The notes under the pieces were generated by a model. That model saw only the letters and a list, made by a program, of their open reading frames with translations. It did not search any database and was not told where the DNA came from. A DNA stretch of 63,942 nt, counting the filler, from Octopus bimaculoides (taxonomy: Eukaryota): the NCBI RefSeq assembly GCF_001194135.2. It is 7 parts of 6 records of this genome, joined end to end, with 100 filler letters (N's around TTAATTAATTAA, not from the genome) between each part and the next. Parts side by side here need not be neighbours in the genome. Positions count along the whole stretch, not along the records: positions 1 to 27,076 come from NC_068982.1; positions 27,177 to 28,538 come from NC_068991.1; positions 28,639 to 46,586 come from NC_068988.1; 4 more parts are not named here. One strand, written 5' to 3'. The position numbers and the translations under genes are program-made. Positions within the stretch are counted from its first letter, which is position 1. Every line of letters starts with the position of its first letter. Below are positions 26,036 to 36,946 of the stretch, one piece after another.

Positions 26036-26900
26036 AACCTTGAGGTTAGGGAAATGTATTTGGAGCTGGTGGAGTATGTATAGTCCAACAAGGTTGGTGA
26101 CCTGAGTGGAGTCAGATGATCCCAAGGTAATGTCAAATAAATTGCTATGGTTACTGGTATTGATATGGTGATTGGCTCGGCACCAGAGTTTGTCTTCAAA
26201 AGAAAAAATGGTTTTGCAGGCATTAAGGATTATGTTAATTTCTAGTGGGGTAAGGTGAGTTAGATTATTAGCTAGAAGGAGAGCTTGATTGAGAAGTTTG
26301 GGGGAAATAGAAGAATAGTAATTATTTATATTGAATTGTAGGAAAGAATAAGAGGTTTTGTTGTTTAAGAGATGGAGCCATGTTATAACTTTACCTGTAT
26401 AGAACCATAAGTTGACGTTTAATCTCTCCTTGATGATTGGTATTATTTTGTCCAAAATGTTTTTCTTATTCTACCCAAGTTGGATTTGGTTGGGCATATC
26501 AGGCATATTGATGGTTTGGTAATAAAGTCCTTATTTTCTTTGAGGTTGAAGCGTGGAGGCATAGGGCAGTATGGTTCTGTACGGTCATCCATGTGCAATG
26601 GTTGGTGTTGATGTCATTAAGGGCGGATGCTGATGCCATCTTGTAAGATTTATTGAGTTCCTTCCTTATGAATATGTTATATTCCTTGATGCTAATAGGA
26701 TAAATATTTCCAGTTTTATCTGAGAAGACGTGTAATTTAGGTGATGAAATGATTCATTTTATGGTATATGAAAGTTGTTTGTGAAAGGGGGATCTATATT
26801 TCGAGAATTTGATGTTTCTAATCATATGAAGCATATCTGCTTCAAATTTGTTGAATTGGGGATTGTGTGGAGGGTGTTTGTGTGATCAAAGGTTGAATGT
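26036..26900 (-). mobile_element. Penelope-like reverse transcriptase remnant
   Basis: FLQFNINNYYSSISPKLLNQAL...LFDITLGSSDSTQVTNLVGLYIL matches the Penelope RT F.FDI..FYPSI / FDVTMGS.DG..CELVGLY pattern. Confidence 0.8.
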
Positions 26901-26999
26901 GTTGGTGTTACTATCGCTTCGGTATTTTTGCTTGTCGTGGAAGACGATGATATATGTACATACACATTATATATACACACATACATATATATACATACG

Positions 27000-27076
<77 letters not shown>

Positions 27077-27120
27077 NNNNNNNNNNNNNNNNNNNNNNNN
27101 NNNNNNNNNNNNNNNNNNNN

Positions 27121-27132
27121 TTAATTAATTAA
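27121..27132. other. Assembly gap linker TTAATTAATTAA (also 28583, 46631, 48894, 52740, 62500)
   Basis: Identical palindromic 12-mer embedded in N runs six times; it gives TAA in all six frames. Not biological. Confidence 0.95.
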
Positions 27133-27277
27133 NNNNNNNNNNNNNNNNNNNNNNNNNNNNNNNNNNNNNNNNNNNNGGACAAAATGGTAAACAAGGTGCA
27201 ACAAACAAGCAGGCCACGTAGAAACATCCCCTTCATCAGCTGAAGCTGCCACCATTAAAACTCCGGCGTTTCGAAGA

Positions 27278-27324
<47 letters not shown>

Positions 27325-27334
27325 ATATAACTTT

Positions 27335-27625
27335 TAACTGGCACTCTGTCGGTTATGACGACTAGGATCTTTAGTTAATTCGATTAACAATAACAGCCTG
27401 CTTGTGACATTAACATGCAAGTGGCTGAGCATTCCACAGACACGCGTTCCCTTAACATCGTTCTCGGGGAGATTCAGCGTGACCCAGAGTGTGACAAAGG
27501 TGAACCTTTTAATTACCGATACATCTCATTTTTCTTTTTTTTTTGCCAGATGAGTGAACTGCAGCAACGTGAAATAAAGTGTCTTGCTCAAGGATTCGAT
27601 GCACTGCCCTGATTCTAACTCCCGA
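27335..27625 (-). mobile_element. tRNA/CORE-type SINE
   Basis: The minus strand has CCTTGAGCAAGACACTTTATTTCACGTTGCTGCAGTTCACTCATCTG (CORE-like) and a tail shared with 60130-60305. Confidence 0.75.
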
Positions 27626-27799
27626 TTGTGAGTTAGCCTTCACGTATACATATACGTAGACGTGACAGAAATAAATAGACGTCTCATAGCCACCCTTTAT
27701 AATCGTTAAAATTTATTTAATCCTAACTCTTATTATATATTCAAATTATTTATCAATTATTATAATGTGAATATCATTTAGTAAACATGCTAGTGGCCT

Positions 27800-27995
27800 C
27801 TCCACTGGTCTAATCTTGTCAAGCGGAGAAAAGACCAGTGGAAAGGCCACTAACATTTTGGGACACTCATATTTTCTGATGAATCCAAATTTACTGTATT
27901 TTCTGACAGTGGTCAAGTGTGGGTCTGGATTGTGGTCAAGAATTTGACGTGAAAAATTTGCAGCCAACAATGAAACATGGCAGTTGTTCCCCTAA
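27800..27995 (+). mobile_element. Tc1 transposase fragment
   Basis: IFSDESKFTVFSDSGQVWVW...LQPTMKHG (Tc1 FSDESKF and PTVKHG motifs). Confidence 0.8.
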
Positions 27996-28239
27996 TAAGT
28001 ATCGATTAATGATAATGTTTGTCAGTGGTAATATTATTTTTGCAATCATCGTATTAAACTTTTCTCTAGTTATTTCTCATTGAAAACACATAGAAATAAT
28101 GAAATTGACAATTTTATTACTTAAATACGAGGTGAGCACTGATCAAAGGGATGTGTGCATGTGTATGTACATGCTGTTATTTCATATTTATATATATATA
28201 CATACGTACATACATACATAATATATATATACGTAGTGA

Positions 28240-28445
28240 GTTCAAACAAGAAAAACGACAAAAAAACCCCAACAAAAAACAACAACGCGAGGACGTGATA
28301 CAGATATTGTTACTGGACGCTCAGGAAAGGAAAGAAAGAGAATTTGACGTTTCGGGCGGAGCTCTTCGTCGGAAATATAGGTAAGTCCAAAGAAGAAAAG
28401 ACGGAGGAAGAAGGAATCGCCAACGATATACACGAGGTTACATAC
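28240..28445 (-). mobile_element. Penelope-like terminal sequence (similar pieces at 9830-9930, 27177-27280, 54800-54900)
   Basis: The minus strand carries CCGACGAAGAGCTCCGCCCGAAACGTC, the CTGAYGAAG...CGAAACG motif common at Penelope ends. Confidence 0.5.
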
Positions 28446-28496
28446 ATAGTACATACATATATACATATATACATACATACATACATACATAAATAC

Positions 28497-28538
<42 letters not shown>

Positions 28539-28699
28539 NNNNNNNNNNNNNNNNNNNNNNNNNNNNNNNNNNNNNNNNNNNNTTAATTAATTAANNNNNN
28601 NNNNNNNNNNNNNNNNNNNNNNNNNNNNNNNNNNNNNNTGGATTTTAATTTTATACTGGCAAAAGAGACAGTAATAAATCCAGTAATGTGCACAACTCT

Positions 28700-29026
28700 T
28701 CTATAATAATATTTTGTTGTATACCCAATTGAATATTAGCTAATAACCCATTTTCTATAGCGATGTTTGAACAAAAATTTTAATAATTTTATATTTTGTT
28801 GAATTTACTTGTATTTACCTGTAATTAAAGTCACTTTGTGACAAAAATTTTGGTATAGAATTTGTTGAGAACCTTTCGTCAAATTATCTTCCAAAAATCA
28901 CATTAATATGTTGATAAATAAAAAAGTTGTTTAATGAAACCAGCCTAAATTTATGATTATGTTAGAAATTAATTGAAACACATAAGGGGTGTAATTTGGT
29001 TAGAAATATGGTAACGAAAGGGTTAA
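28700..29026. mobile_element. Non-autonomous DNA transposon end (..GGTAACGAAAGGGTTAA); related end at about 31140-31385
   Basis: Both copies share AAATTAATTGAAA...AAATATGGTAA(C/T)GAAA(G/A)GGTTAA; the TTAA terminus suggests a piggyBac type. Confidence 0.45.
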
Positions 29027-30683
29027 TATTGAATATTTAATGGTGTTGTCCCAGCTTGGCCACAACTCACTGGCTGAAACTAAAAATACAGGATAGCCAG
29101 CTGTCACATGAGCAAATGTAGTTGGTAACCTGTAGCATGTTTTTGTTAATTGTTCTAGTGTCTGTGTAGACATAGACACTCTCTTGGCCCAGTGGAACAT
29201 CCAGTCTGGTATGGCTGGAGGGAGAGAAGGCTGCATCAGCACCTTGACGGGTACTCATTATAGCTAAGTAGACTGGAGCAATGTCAAATGATTTGCCTTG
29301 CTCAAGGTACTTTATTTTATATGTCATTCTGTCATGGAACTGAATGCATGACCTTGTGATCATGAATCAAATACTGTAACCATTCAGCCATGATTGGAAC
29401 TTGCAGCAGAGTATTTGAACTGATGAAAATCAGTGATAGACTTCACAATTCTTCAGTGGTGTTCCCTCTGTTAAAAACAGTTAGACCAGGTCTCTTGGTT
29501 GGTTTAACTACAACTGCTACTGCAATAATCCATCAGTTTGTGGCTCCTTCCTCCCTGACCCCACCACCGGCACTTGTCATGCCCTACAGTAAGGCTACCC
29601 TCCTATTAGCCATAAAACCACAACTTGCTCATAGACAGCTGTGAAGTGGATGTACAGCATATTTTTCAACAACCATAGCAGCTCCAACATTGGATGTTGT
29701 CTGGGATCTAGACTGGACTGGAACCATTATTTTTGTAGTTATTTTGCCATCTCTATTACTCTGATCTAATCCTACTGCCACCTATTCTGAACCCATTTTT
29801 TTAATGATTAATTTTGTTAACTGAGATTTCATTTTGTAAATACCTAACAAGGACTTTGTTGATGTAGTGGTTGTGGCCATACTGTAAAAGTTGTACTTGT
29901 AAGGACTGTGGTTATAGTTGATTGTGTAGAGAAATCTTTTACTGCTTTATAAGTTTCAAGTGGGAAATCATATTAGCCCTTTTGTTACCAACCTGCCTGT
30001 AGGCATCCACAAAATAATTTGGTTAATGTTACCAAAACACCCACGCCCACCTGAAATATCCTATCCATATTTTAATGAGAATGTCAGTGCATGTCTTGTT
30101 AGTATATTCGTGAAAACAGGTTTCACTTTATGAACAATTGGGTTACACCAACATTATTTTAGATGATGTCTGAGTGCTGTAAATTTTTGGAGAATTTTTT
30201 TTTTCTGTTTTTTTTCCCTTTTTGATTTTTTGAAATGTTTCATTATGGATGAAAACTGGATGTCGGTTTCATGTTGTCAAGCAGCAAGTTTGAATTTGAA
30301 GTATTTTCAAAAGAGGACATAGAAAACTCAAAGACAGTATATAGCAAACTTAAAAATCATGTGCGTGATTATGAATCGGATATTTCTTTTTCTGAAAGTG
30401 AAACTATTCTGACAACACTTCCGATAATACTAAAAAAAAATGTGAATTTGTACCTGAAGATAGTAAGAATTTAAAAGCTGTTTTTCTTAGTTATTTCTAG
30501 GAAAATGTTAGACCTAGCTAGTCCTTCTAAAGAAATGAAGGTGTCAGTTTATTTTTACTTTTTCCGTTGAAGTGTTTACTGTAGAAATGAATTAGTATGC
30601 AGAATATAAACAAAGAAGAAAAAGATAGTTTGAGGTTTCCCATATGTTTGGAAGAAAGTTAGAAATTTAGAAATTGTGTGTTG

Positions 30684-30910
30684 TATCATCATCATCTTCC
30701 GCTTTCCATACTGGCATCAGTTGGACGGTTTGATTGAGGACTGACAACCCAGGAGGTTGCACCAGTCTGATCTGGCAAGGTTTCAACAGCTGGAAGCCCT
30801 TCCTAATGCCAACCACTCCGAGAGTGTAGTGGGTGCTTTTTTACATGTTAGGGTGTGACACTTCTTCACACAGCTGTCCTCTACTTTATTTATACTATAA
30901 TACCAGGTTA
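30684..30910 (-). mobile_element. Internally deleted RTE 3' fragment
   Basis: The RTE tail is fused directly to an ORF C-terminal piece (GTGACACTTCTTCACACAGCT) that lies about 450 bp away in the 39590-40272 copy. Confidence 0.7.
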
Positions 30911-31568
30911 ATAATGTGCAGAACAAAATGGTCCTTTCTTATAGTTCCCATTCTATTGGTGTTACGTTGGTCAGTTAGCCATGGGCTTTATTTCATTATC
31001 CTCCTGTTGATATCAGAAATAACATTGTGTACTTTACGAGGTAAACCATTAGCAACCAGTTTCAATCCTCTATTAATGGTATGCTTCATTTACATCATCA
31101 TTGAATGTCTCAATTATGAAAAATTTTGCTTAGAAAAGAAAAAAATCTGTTTTATCAGTTCTTAAATTTTGACCAACCTGTTTAAGACCACCCTTAGTTC
31201 TATAATAGAAAATTCCTGTTTTAAAGTAGTCTAAATTAAAATCTTCCATGAAAATTTCATGTAAATTTGTTCCAAACACCAACTGAATAATAGCAAAATT
31301 ATCTTACTAAACTCTTTTGTATTTTCAAAATTAATTGAAATAGAGGCAGTGTATTTCAGTGGAAATATGGTAATGAAAAGGTTAAATGTATAATTTCAAA
31401 CATTGAAGATTAAATTCTCATATGTTCAAAAACAAAATATAAACAGTATCAATCTGATATATTTTACTGCTAGATCAGTAAATATAATGTGTGAAAATTA
31501 AACCTGTAATTCTGATATAATTTGATATTGCTTTTGTTTGAGATTCAGTAAAATGTATTTTCCTGCAG

Positions 31569-31761
31569 GTATGTATCAAGAGTTCATTATAGAGATTCTG
31601 CCAACCATGTTATTTTGGGAACACAACAATTTAAGCCAACTGAATTTGCTAACCAGATTAACCTGAGCATGGATAATGCTTGGGGTATTTTACGTTGCAT
31701 CATTGACACTTGCATGAAATTGAAGGAGGGAAAATATCTTATTATGAAGGACCCTAATAAG
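31569..31761 (+). CDS. EIF3D: eIF3 subunit D, penultimate coding exon
   Basis: Acceptor CCTGCAG at 31562-31568 and donor GTCAGT at 31762. Translation (G)[64 protein letters not shown] closely matches the recalled human eIF3d [65 protein letters not shown]. Confidence 0.97.
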
Positions 31762-32365
31762 GTCAGTAAAGTTTTTGTCCATTTTAAAATGCAGATTAAT
31801 TTGTAGTACATATGAAATTAACATCATAAGTTAGTTCTTGTTTTGTGTTATATATACATCATCATTATTGTACAACTGCAATCCATGCCAGCATGTTCTG
31901 AAAGGGCTATCATAGTTTGAATCTGTTCTTATTAGGAGTTACTCTCTTTCTACATCTAGTCAGTTGACCATGTCCCACTTCTATGATTTATTTTATAGAA
32001 ACCTGAGTGAGATGAGCATCCTTGACCACACCTAGGAGGGCCATGACTGTGAATAAGGACCTGATGCAAGTCCAACATGAAGTACGTTTGTACTTCATGC
32101 TGGACTTACATCAAGTCCTAATTGATCATTGGTGTTCCATCTATGACCATCTTGTCTTTATTTCTTGTGAAGTGTATTTAGAAATACATTATTTACTTTA
32201 TTTTTTTCTTGTTTTAAAGATGGTCAACATTTTGGTCAGGTGGAGTGGTCATGTAGAAGCTGTCCTTGATTTTTCTTAGTGAACTAGTCCTATGTATATA
32301 CATATATACACAGGACTTAGACATAATCATCCTTAATACACACCCTTTTTTTGGATATTTCATAG

Positions 32366-32476
32366 TCGGTGATTCGTATCTATGATATTCCTGACAATAC
32401 TTTTGAAACTGATGACGAAGAGGAAGAGGAGGATGATGATGAAGAGGAAGAAGAGGAGGATGAACCCGAAGCATAA
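32366..32476 (+). CDS. EIF3D: eIF3 subunit D, terminal coding exon with acidic tail and TAA stop
   Basis: Acceptor TTTCATAG at 32358-32365; in phase with the previous exon. Translation SVIRIYDIPDNTFETDDEEEEEDDDEEEEEEDEPEA* corresponds to human QVIRVYSLPDGTFSSDEDEEE... Confidence 0.96.
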   Translation, partial: SVIRIYDIPDNTFETDDEEEEEDDDEEEEEEDEPEA

Positions 32477-33224
32477 AAAGTGAAGAGGAAGAAGAGGATG
32501 AACACAAAGCATAAAAAGACTTGTTTGCTAGGTATTTTTTTTTATTGGAATCATCTTAGTTTTCTTTGAGTTAAACAATATTTTATTTTTGTAATTGATG
32601 TGAATTCTTTGTCTTTAACTAGTTATCCAACTGAAATAGCAAATGCCCTTGCTACTGTATCACATACTTAAATAGCTGGTGTTTTTGTTACATTATATAG
32701 AAATAGCCAAAGTCCACTAGTAATATCTCTACATAAGTAGCCAATGTTCATTAGTAATATTTTATAATTTTGAAGATGACTATTTTATTATTAACTTCCA
32801 GATGTTAAAATTTTCCATGTGTTGAACTTTCATCTGGTTTTATTTCTGAATGTGTATATTGTTACAGGTTGGATTCAAATTAGGGAACTTTGTTCTAAAA
32901 CTGAGGACATTAACATTATTGACCCCTGACATGTGTATAACTGGATGATTTCATATATAATTGCTATGTAATCACTAGTTATTAATATATTAATACATTA
33001 TTTCCTGTTTATGTAATCAAATAATATTAAATGGAATAACTATAAAACTGTTTAAATGATTTTCCATTTCAGGATGAGCACCAAACGCAGTCTCTTTTTA
33101 ATCTGATAATTGGCTTTATGATGATGATGATAATAATAAAGCTGATGTCATCAAAGTACTTTTGTTTCATTTGTCTTTATATGCTTTTTACTCTTTCCTC
33201 TTTGTGTGTGTGTGTGTGTGTGTG

Positions 33225-33370
33225 TGACAGCTATGGCTGTATGGTTAGGAAGATTGCTTCTCAATCACATGGTTTTGGGTTCAGTCCCACTGTGTGGCAC
33301 CTTGAGAAAGTGTCTTCTGTTATAACTTCACTTCAGGCTGACCAAGCCTTGTGATTCAATTTGGTAGAAT
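33225..33370 (+). mobile_element. tRNA-derived SINE head
   Basis: GGCTGTATGGTTAGGAAG...GGGTTCAGTCCCACTGTGTGGCACCTTGAGAAAGTGTCTTCT: A/B-box-like, same family as 55160-55592. Confidence 0.75.
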
Positions 33371-33669
33371 CTTTAAATCGTTTTAGCTTCAAAGCTGGGC
33401 ACTATGGTATGTAGAAGTTCTCATCATGTTTGTATGTAAGTGTTTGTGTCTCCAAACAGAGGATGGGAAAATATATATATAATAACAATAAGTATCACTA
33501 TAGAGCACTGTACAATGGTGACAGGCACAGTTTGAACATGATAAAGCACATTTTTTGCTTTATCATTTTCATGTCAAAATAAATTTTTTCCATTGAAAAT
33601 TATAATCATTTGAAAACTTTGGATGTGAGCATTTTTCCTCATAGTTTTAATTAAAATCTGACAGTTACA

Positions 33670-34768
33670 TATCATGAGATATAGGCTCTGAATGTAGAGG
33701 ACATGCGTAGACTAGAGAGGAATGAAGCTAGTATGCTCCAATGGATGTGCAACATCAGTGTGCATCTACAACAAAAGTGCAAATGTCCTGAGAGAAAACT
33801 TGGGCATAAGAGGAATCAGATGCAGCATGTAGTAGAGAAAACTATGTTGATTTGGGTATGTGAAGTGTATGAATATAAACTGATGTATAAAGAAGTGTCA
33901 ATCATTGAAGTGCCAATCTATGGGAGAGGGAGGCCCAGGAAGACCTGGGATGAAATAGTGAGGACCAATCTCAGGATGTTGGGCCTCATGGATGAGATGA
34001 CAAAGGATCGAAATGTCTGGTGACATGTGGTTCTTGAGAAGACCTACTCACTTGAGCAAAACTGAGTTCTGGGAGTGCTGTGTGTTGCCACCTATGTTAC
34101 AATTTTAAAAAATAATTCACACATCCTACCCCAACAAATCACGCCACATCTCTTCTTCTTCATATTTCCTCTTTTTCATGCACTATGCTTATGCTTATTC
34201 CTTGCTCTGCTCTGTTCACTATCATTATTATCCTGTTGTCCCCACCTCCTCTATATACCCATGTTTCACCAGTCACTACATTCCCCCCACCCCCACACCC
34301 TTTGCATTCCTGTGAAGTCCCTACTCATGCACCTTTGGCAATATTCTATGATCCCATTTATATTCTGATCCCTCTACTTCACCACCATCTCTCCCACTCT
34401 CTCTTGCACTCTCACCTTCTCATTCTCTTCCACACTCTTTCTCTTTTTCTGACTAGGTAACCATGTATCTCCTCTACAGCAATATGCCTGTTTTTGTTTC
34501 TCTGTCACACTAATCTCATCATCTGACACAAGGCCACCTTTCCCAATGCCCTTCCCTCTCAACAAATTCTTTCTCTTGCAAGTTACTTGATGACCCCTAC
34601 CAGTGCATCTAGTCCACACTGTATAGTAGTTCCTGTTTGGAAGGGCATCCAGCTGTAAAAACCATGCAAAAACTGACAGCGAAGCCTGGTGCAGTCTTCT
34701 GCCTAGCCAACCCTTGTAAACCATCCAACCCATGCCAGCATGGAAAATGGACATTAAATGATGATGGT
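33670..34768 (+). mobile_element. RTE LINE 3' portion (ORF2 C-terminus plus 3' UTR and tail)
   Basis: RLERNEASMLQWMC...GRGRPRKTWDEIV...MTKDRNVW, then the GGAAGGGCATCCAGCTG...ATGATGATG tail. Confidence 0.85.
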
Positions 34769-34989
34769 GGTATATATTATATGTTATATGTATAAGTTCA
34801 AATTTACAGAAAACAAAAGATGAATACAAGTAAGGGAACAACAAGCAGGTGTATTAGTTTGACAATCTGGAAAAATGGAGAAGTTTGGTATTTTGAGTCA
34901 ACACTAATCGTCATAAAGGTTTGAGAAGAAAAAAACAAACAGAAAAAATGTATCTGCATTAAGGGTTCAACATGAAATGACAGTGTGTA

Positions 34990-36287
34990 CGTCGTCGTCG
35001 TTTAACGTCCGCTTTCCATGCTAGCATGGGTTGGACGATTTGACTGAGGACTGGTGAAACCAGATGGCTACACCAGGCCCCAATCTGATTTGGCAGAGTT
35101 TCTACAGCTGGATACCCTTCCTAATGCCAACCACTCAGAGAGTGTAGTGGGTGCTTTTACGTGTCACCTGCGCGAAAGCCAGTCAGGCGGTACTGGCAAC
35201 GGCCACGCTCAAAATGGTGCATTTCATGTGCCACCCGCACGACAGCTAGTCCAGGGGCACTGGCAACGATCTCGATCGAAAGATTTCATGTGTCGCCCGC
35301 ACATGAGCCAGTCCAGGGGCACCGNNNNNNNNNNNNNNNNNNNNNNNNNNNNNNNNNNNNNNNNNNNNNNNNNNNNNNNNNNNNNNNNNNNNNNNNNNNN
35401 NNNNNNNNNNNNNNNNNNNNNNNNNNNNNNNNNNNNNNNNNNNNNNNNNNNNNNNNNNNNNNNNNNNNNNNNNNNNNNNNNNNNNNNNNNNNNNNNNNNN
35501 NNNNNNNNNNNNNNNNNNNNNNNNNNNNNNNNNNNNNNNNNNNNNNNNNNNNNNNNNNNNNNNNNNNNNNNNNNNNNNNNNNNNNNNNNNNNNNNNNNNN
35601 NNNNNNNNNNNNNNNNNNNNNNNNNNNNNNNNNNNNNNNNNNNNNNNNNNNNNNNNNNNNNNNNNNNNNNNNNNNNNNNNNNNNNNNNNNNNNNNNNNNN
35701 NNNNNNNNNNNNNNNNNNNNNNNNNNNNNNNNNNNNNNNNNNNNNNNNNNNNNNNNNNNNNNNNNNNNNNNNNNNNNNNNNNNNNNNNNNNNNNNNNNNN
35801 NNNNNNNNNNNNNNNNNNNNNNNNNNNNNNNNNNNNNNNNNNNNNNNNNNNNNNNNNNNNNNNNNNNNNNNNNNNNNNNNNNNNNNNNNNNNNNNNNNNN
35901 NNNNNNNNNNNNNNNNNNNNNNNNNNNNNNNNNNNNNNNNNNNNNNNNNNNNNNNNNNNNNNNNNNNNNNNNNNNNNNNNNNNNNNNNNNNNNNNNNNNN
36001 NNNNNNNNNNNNNNNNNNNNNNNNNNNNNNNNNNNNNNNNNNNNNNNNNNNCAAGAGCCAGTCCAGGGGCACTGGCAACGGTCTCGCTCGAAAAATTTCT
36101 TGTGTTGCCCGCACAAGAGCCAGTCCAGGGGCACTGGCAACGATCTCGATCGAAAGATTTCATGTGTCGCCCGCACATGAGCCAGTCCAGGGGCACCGAC
36201 AACGATCTCACTCAAAAATCCTATGACGGCCCCGCACAAGAGCCAGTTCAGGGGCACTGGTAACGATCTCGCTCGAAAATCCTAACA
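34990..36287 (-). mobile_element. RTE 3' end carrying an expanded 62-bp minisatellite spanning an N gap
   Basis: Tail at 34990-35160; units AAGAGCCAGTCCAGGGGCACTGGCAACG... start at 36053, 36115, 36177 and 36238, and the same units lie left of the gap. Confidence 0.85.
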
Positions 36288-36946
36288 TGTATATATGTAC
36301 TGTATTTGTTGGCAGATTTGGTGCGCTTCTCTTATTTTTAAATGTATCAAAAGATTTCCTTGCATCTAATGTGGGAGACTGAGTGCCATAGACTAGAGAG
36401 CTGGATGAGCATACTGGGTAAGTTCCCTAAGCACAGAAATTGTTGCTAATAAGGAAAACAAACCAAATTATTACAGTAAATTGAGTTACTAATAAAATAT
36501 AGAAAACAAGCTGAATTATCACAGTTTGTTATCACAAACTTACGAAAAATTGTTTATGATACATCAGCAGCTATGAGGGGAAACTCGCATCATCTTGCTT
36601 ACCTCCATCCCTGGCATACGTAATCCACACCTGATATATGTATTACATTAGTTAATGACTGGGTTACCTTTAAGAAACGCTCATTATCTGAATGAAAAAT
36701 GCTCTTAGAAATTTGTTAGGAATGTTAAACTTTCATCTACCTGGCAGTCATTTGCATTGATCAGATCAGATGATGTGTCAGAGTCTTCGCTTTTACAACG
36801 GTGCCTCCTTCCTATTGTGTTTGGATCTTTTAGTCTTTTTTCCCTTATTTTTCCACATTGTAGCCTGGTCGTAACACAAAACATCACATCCAGAAATATG
36901 AGTTTCACATCTTGTATCGCAATTCTCTTCCCCAAAATATAAACAA

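Noticed and set aside
27121-27132. Recurrent TTAATTAATTAA palindrome (six copies)
   Set aside because: Always embedded in N runs and stops all six frames: an assembler gap linker, not a biological site.
29390-29760. GC-richer segment considered as an upstream eIF3D exon
   Set aside because: The frames I translated do not resemble eIF3d, and the minus-strand frames contain stops.
35054-36257. Overlapping 300-390-aa ORFs and a CRISPR-like periodic look
   Set aside because: Tandem 62-bp units without unique spacers, plus an N gap; eukaryotic context with no cas genes.
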